DNA of 64,000 nucleotides from contig CAIIXF020000001.1 of NCBI GenBank assembly GCA_903813345.2, positions 20,956,001-21,020,000 on the forward strand, written 5' to 3'. This document shows, one piece after another, positions 62,321 to 64,000 of this stretch. Origin of the DNA: Owenia fusiformis (Eukaryota). The position numbers and the translations under genes were made by a program. Numbering within the stretch: the first letter of the stretch is position 1; every line of letters starts with the position of its first letter. Below the pieces are notes generated by a model. That model was not told where the DNA came from, did no database searches, and saw only the letters and a program-made list of their open reading frames with translations.

Positions 62321-63742
62321 TTAGTAATCTAAATATATATCATTTTTGACCATTTCAATTCCGTCTTTGTTATTCCCATCAAGATACACTATTTTGTTTT
62401 GATCATTAATGTTCTCAGAATCAGCAGGTGTATCATATAACACATCTTCCACATAATCAGTCTCATCTGCATAATCATCCGTAGCGTTGTTATAGTCCTT
62501 AGTGTTGTAATATACCACAGGTAATGTTGGACTCTTCGTTTTTACATTGATTTGTGTGTATAAATCCTTCGGGTCAGGGTCCAGGTGTAAGTTTGGTGGG
62601 ACCATAGCCACACTTTGGTTCATTCCTCTATCCTTGCTGTTAGTAGGGTGGTCTCTGGGTTCTTTTGAAGAGTATTTGTGATCCTGCCTTTTGCGATTTT
62701 GAATTGTCAGTAACAGTAAAAGCAGTAGAATAATTGTGATGATGGCTAATATAGCAATTCCAGTTATAAGTCCAATAACCAATGGACTGAAGACAGACTC
62801 TTGGGAGAATTTGTCTGCGACATTTTGATTCACTGTCACTGTATCAGTAGTGGAGGAATTTTCCTTTGTTAGAATGCAAGATTCTGTTTCCGTGATGCAC
62901 ATGTAGGCTAATTTGGAGCAACATGACATGTGTTGGAACTGGAGGTCACCTCTTATTATAGCCGCAAAGGGGCATGTTCCACAAAAGTCACTTGGACAGC
63001 TGTGATGTGAGATCAAGAGATCAAATCTTATTGCATTATAGCTATTCCAAGTTTGTGGGTATAAGCGTACAAATTGTGCATCAAATGGCTTTGTAAAGTT
63101 ATTGTAAACTGGTGTTATACTGTCATTATTCCCCAGTAGTATTTGTTCCTGTTGATTGTATATTAATTTCGTAAAATGGTCACCATCATCACTGTATTGT
63201 AACTTGTAAGAAGTGGTCCATTGAGGATGATCTGCACGTCCTTTTGTAACAATACCATATACGCACATTGCTTCCCCAAGATTAACCTGGATCCATTCAC
63301 CCACATAACCATATTTAGGTACCCAGGCAGTACGACTATTGATATTAGCATATTTTGGGGTTATCCCACTACTATGACTTGAAGATGCTGAAAACTGGTC
63401 ATCTGAGATGTTCCCCATTATAAAATAAGGTTCTGTTGTATCTGATATCCCCAACTCTGTTTCTCCCACTTCAGTATTGCTTGAGTATCCTATCCACACT
63501 TTCCTTATTGAGTTTCGGTTCATGGCATCTTTCACAGCCTGTTCAGCTTGATTGTCCTTCACTGTGATGATTGTAGCATTCATTCTTGTACACTCCATGG
63601 CAGCCTCAGACCAAGTCATAATTTCAGAGTTCACCTTTAATACAGAGTCTCTTGAGGTCATATATCCAACCGGACACACCATTCCCTCCATGTATCTAAC
63701 TGAGCATATCAGAATTAAAGTCACTTTGAATAAATATTCCAT
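62321..63742 (-). CDS. Intronless type I membrane protein: signal peptide, C-type lectin-like domain interrupted by an F5/8 type C (discoidin) domain, TM helix, Tyr-rich tail
   Basis: CPVGY..MTWSEAAMEC..VWIGY (CTLD N-half); ISDDQFSASS..AWVP..EWIQVNLG..GIVTKGR..WTTSYKLQYSDDG..AQFVRLYPQTW..AIRFDL (F5/8); C..SCCSKLAYMC (CTLD end); hydrophobic TM segment. Confidence 0.88.
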   Translation of the reverse strand: MEYLFKVTLILICSVRYMEGMVCPVGYMTSRDSVLKVNSEIMTWSEAAMECTRMNATIITVKDNQAEQAVKDAMNRNSIRKVWIGYSSNTEVGETELGISDTTEPYFIMGNISDDQFSASSSHSSGITPKYANINSRTAWVPKYGYVGEWIQVNLGEAMCVYGIVTKGRADHPQWTTSYKLQYSDDGDHFTKLIYNQQEQILLGNNDSITPVYNNFTKPFDAQFVRLYPQTWNSYNAIRFDLLISHHSCPSDFCGTCPFAAIIRGDLQFQHMSCCSKLAYMCITETESCILTKENSSTTDTVTVNQNVADKFSQESVFSPLVIGLITGIAILAIITIILLLLLLLTIQNRKRQDHKYSSKEPRDHPTNSKDRGMNQSVAMVPPNLHLDPDPKDLYTQINVKTKSPTLPVVYYNTKDYNNATDDYADETDYVEDVLYDTPADSENINDQNKIVYLDGNNKDGIEMVKNDIYLDY

Positions 63743-64000
63743 ATTGTCAGTTTGTATGTATTGTCATCCCTCATCAATTATGACATTTTAACACAAGTTT
63801 TTTAATCTCAGAATTCTTATTAAGTAAAGTATTGTAGAATTATAAAGAGAGACACGGAAGAGAACCTGTCTTTTCTAGTTATTTTTTGCCTTCCTAGTTC
63901 CTGATATGAATAACATGTTTGGCTATCACGACTTTGCCTCTGGCAATATATGATTAAAGAGGCGTATCATTAAGTATGAACATCAACATTCCACTCCAGT

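Overview
AT-rich invertebrate (probably lophotrochozoan) animal genomic DNA with spliced genes and many transposons. Host genes: an intron-containing elongator tRNA-Met plus a truncated copy, a secreted prepropeptide (21560-22355), a C1orf87-like EF-hand gene (minus, 25885-34463), an orphan two-exon ORF (43640-44725), and an FGFR1OP2/SIKE-like gene head-to-head with SLC38A9. SLC38A9 introns hold a 5'-truncated LINE and a nested antisense intronless C-type-lectin/discoidin receptor. The standout is a 5.58 kb Maverick/Polinton-derived element (36680-42256) with AGTAGT...ACTACT ends, a perfect 6-bp TSD (CATAAT) and near-identical ~1.7 kb TIRs. Its 2.1 kb core encodes only a zinc-finger-fused A32-like genome-packaging ATPase and a small basic protein, with no integrase, polymerase, protease or capsid. 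It is a candidate helper-dependent satellite or defective-interfering element of a Polinton virus. A three-level nest of CAC...GTG-ended DNA transposons and a Helentron-like element lies at 13988-19612. All calls are from reading by eye; no database searches were run.
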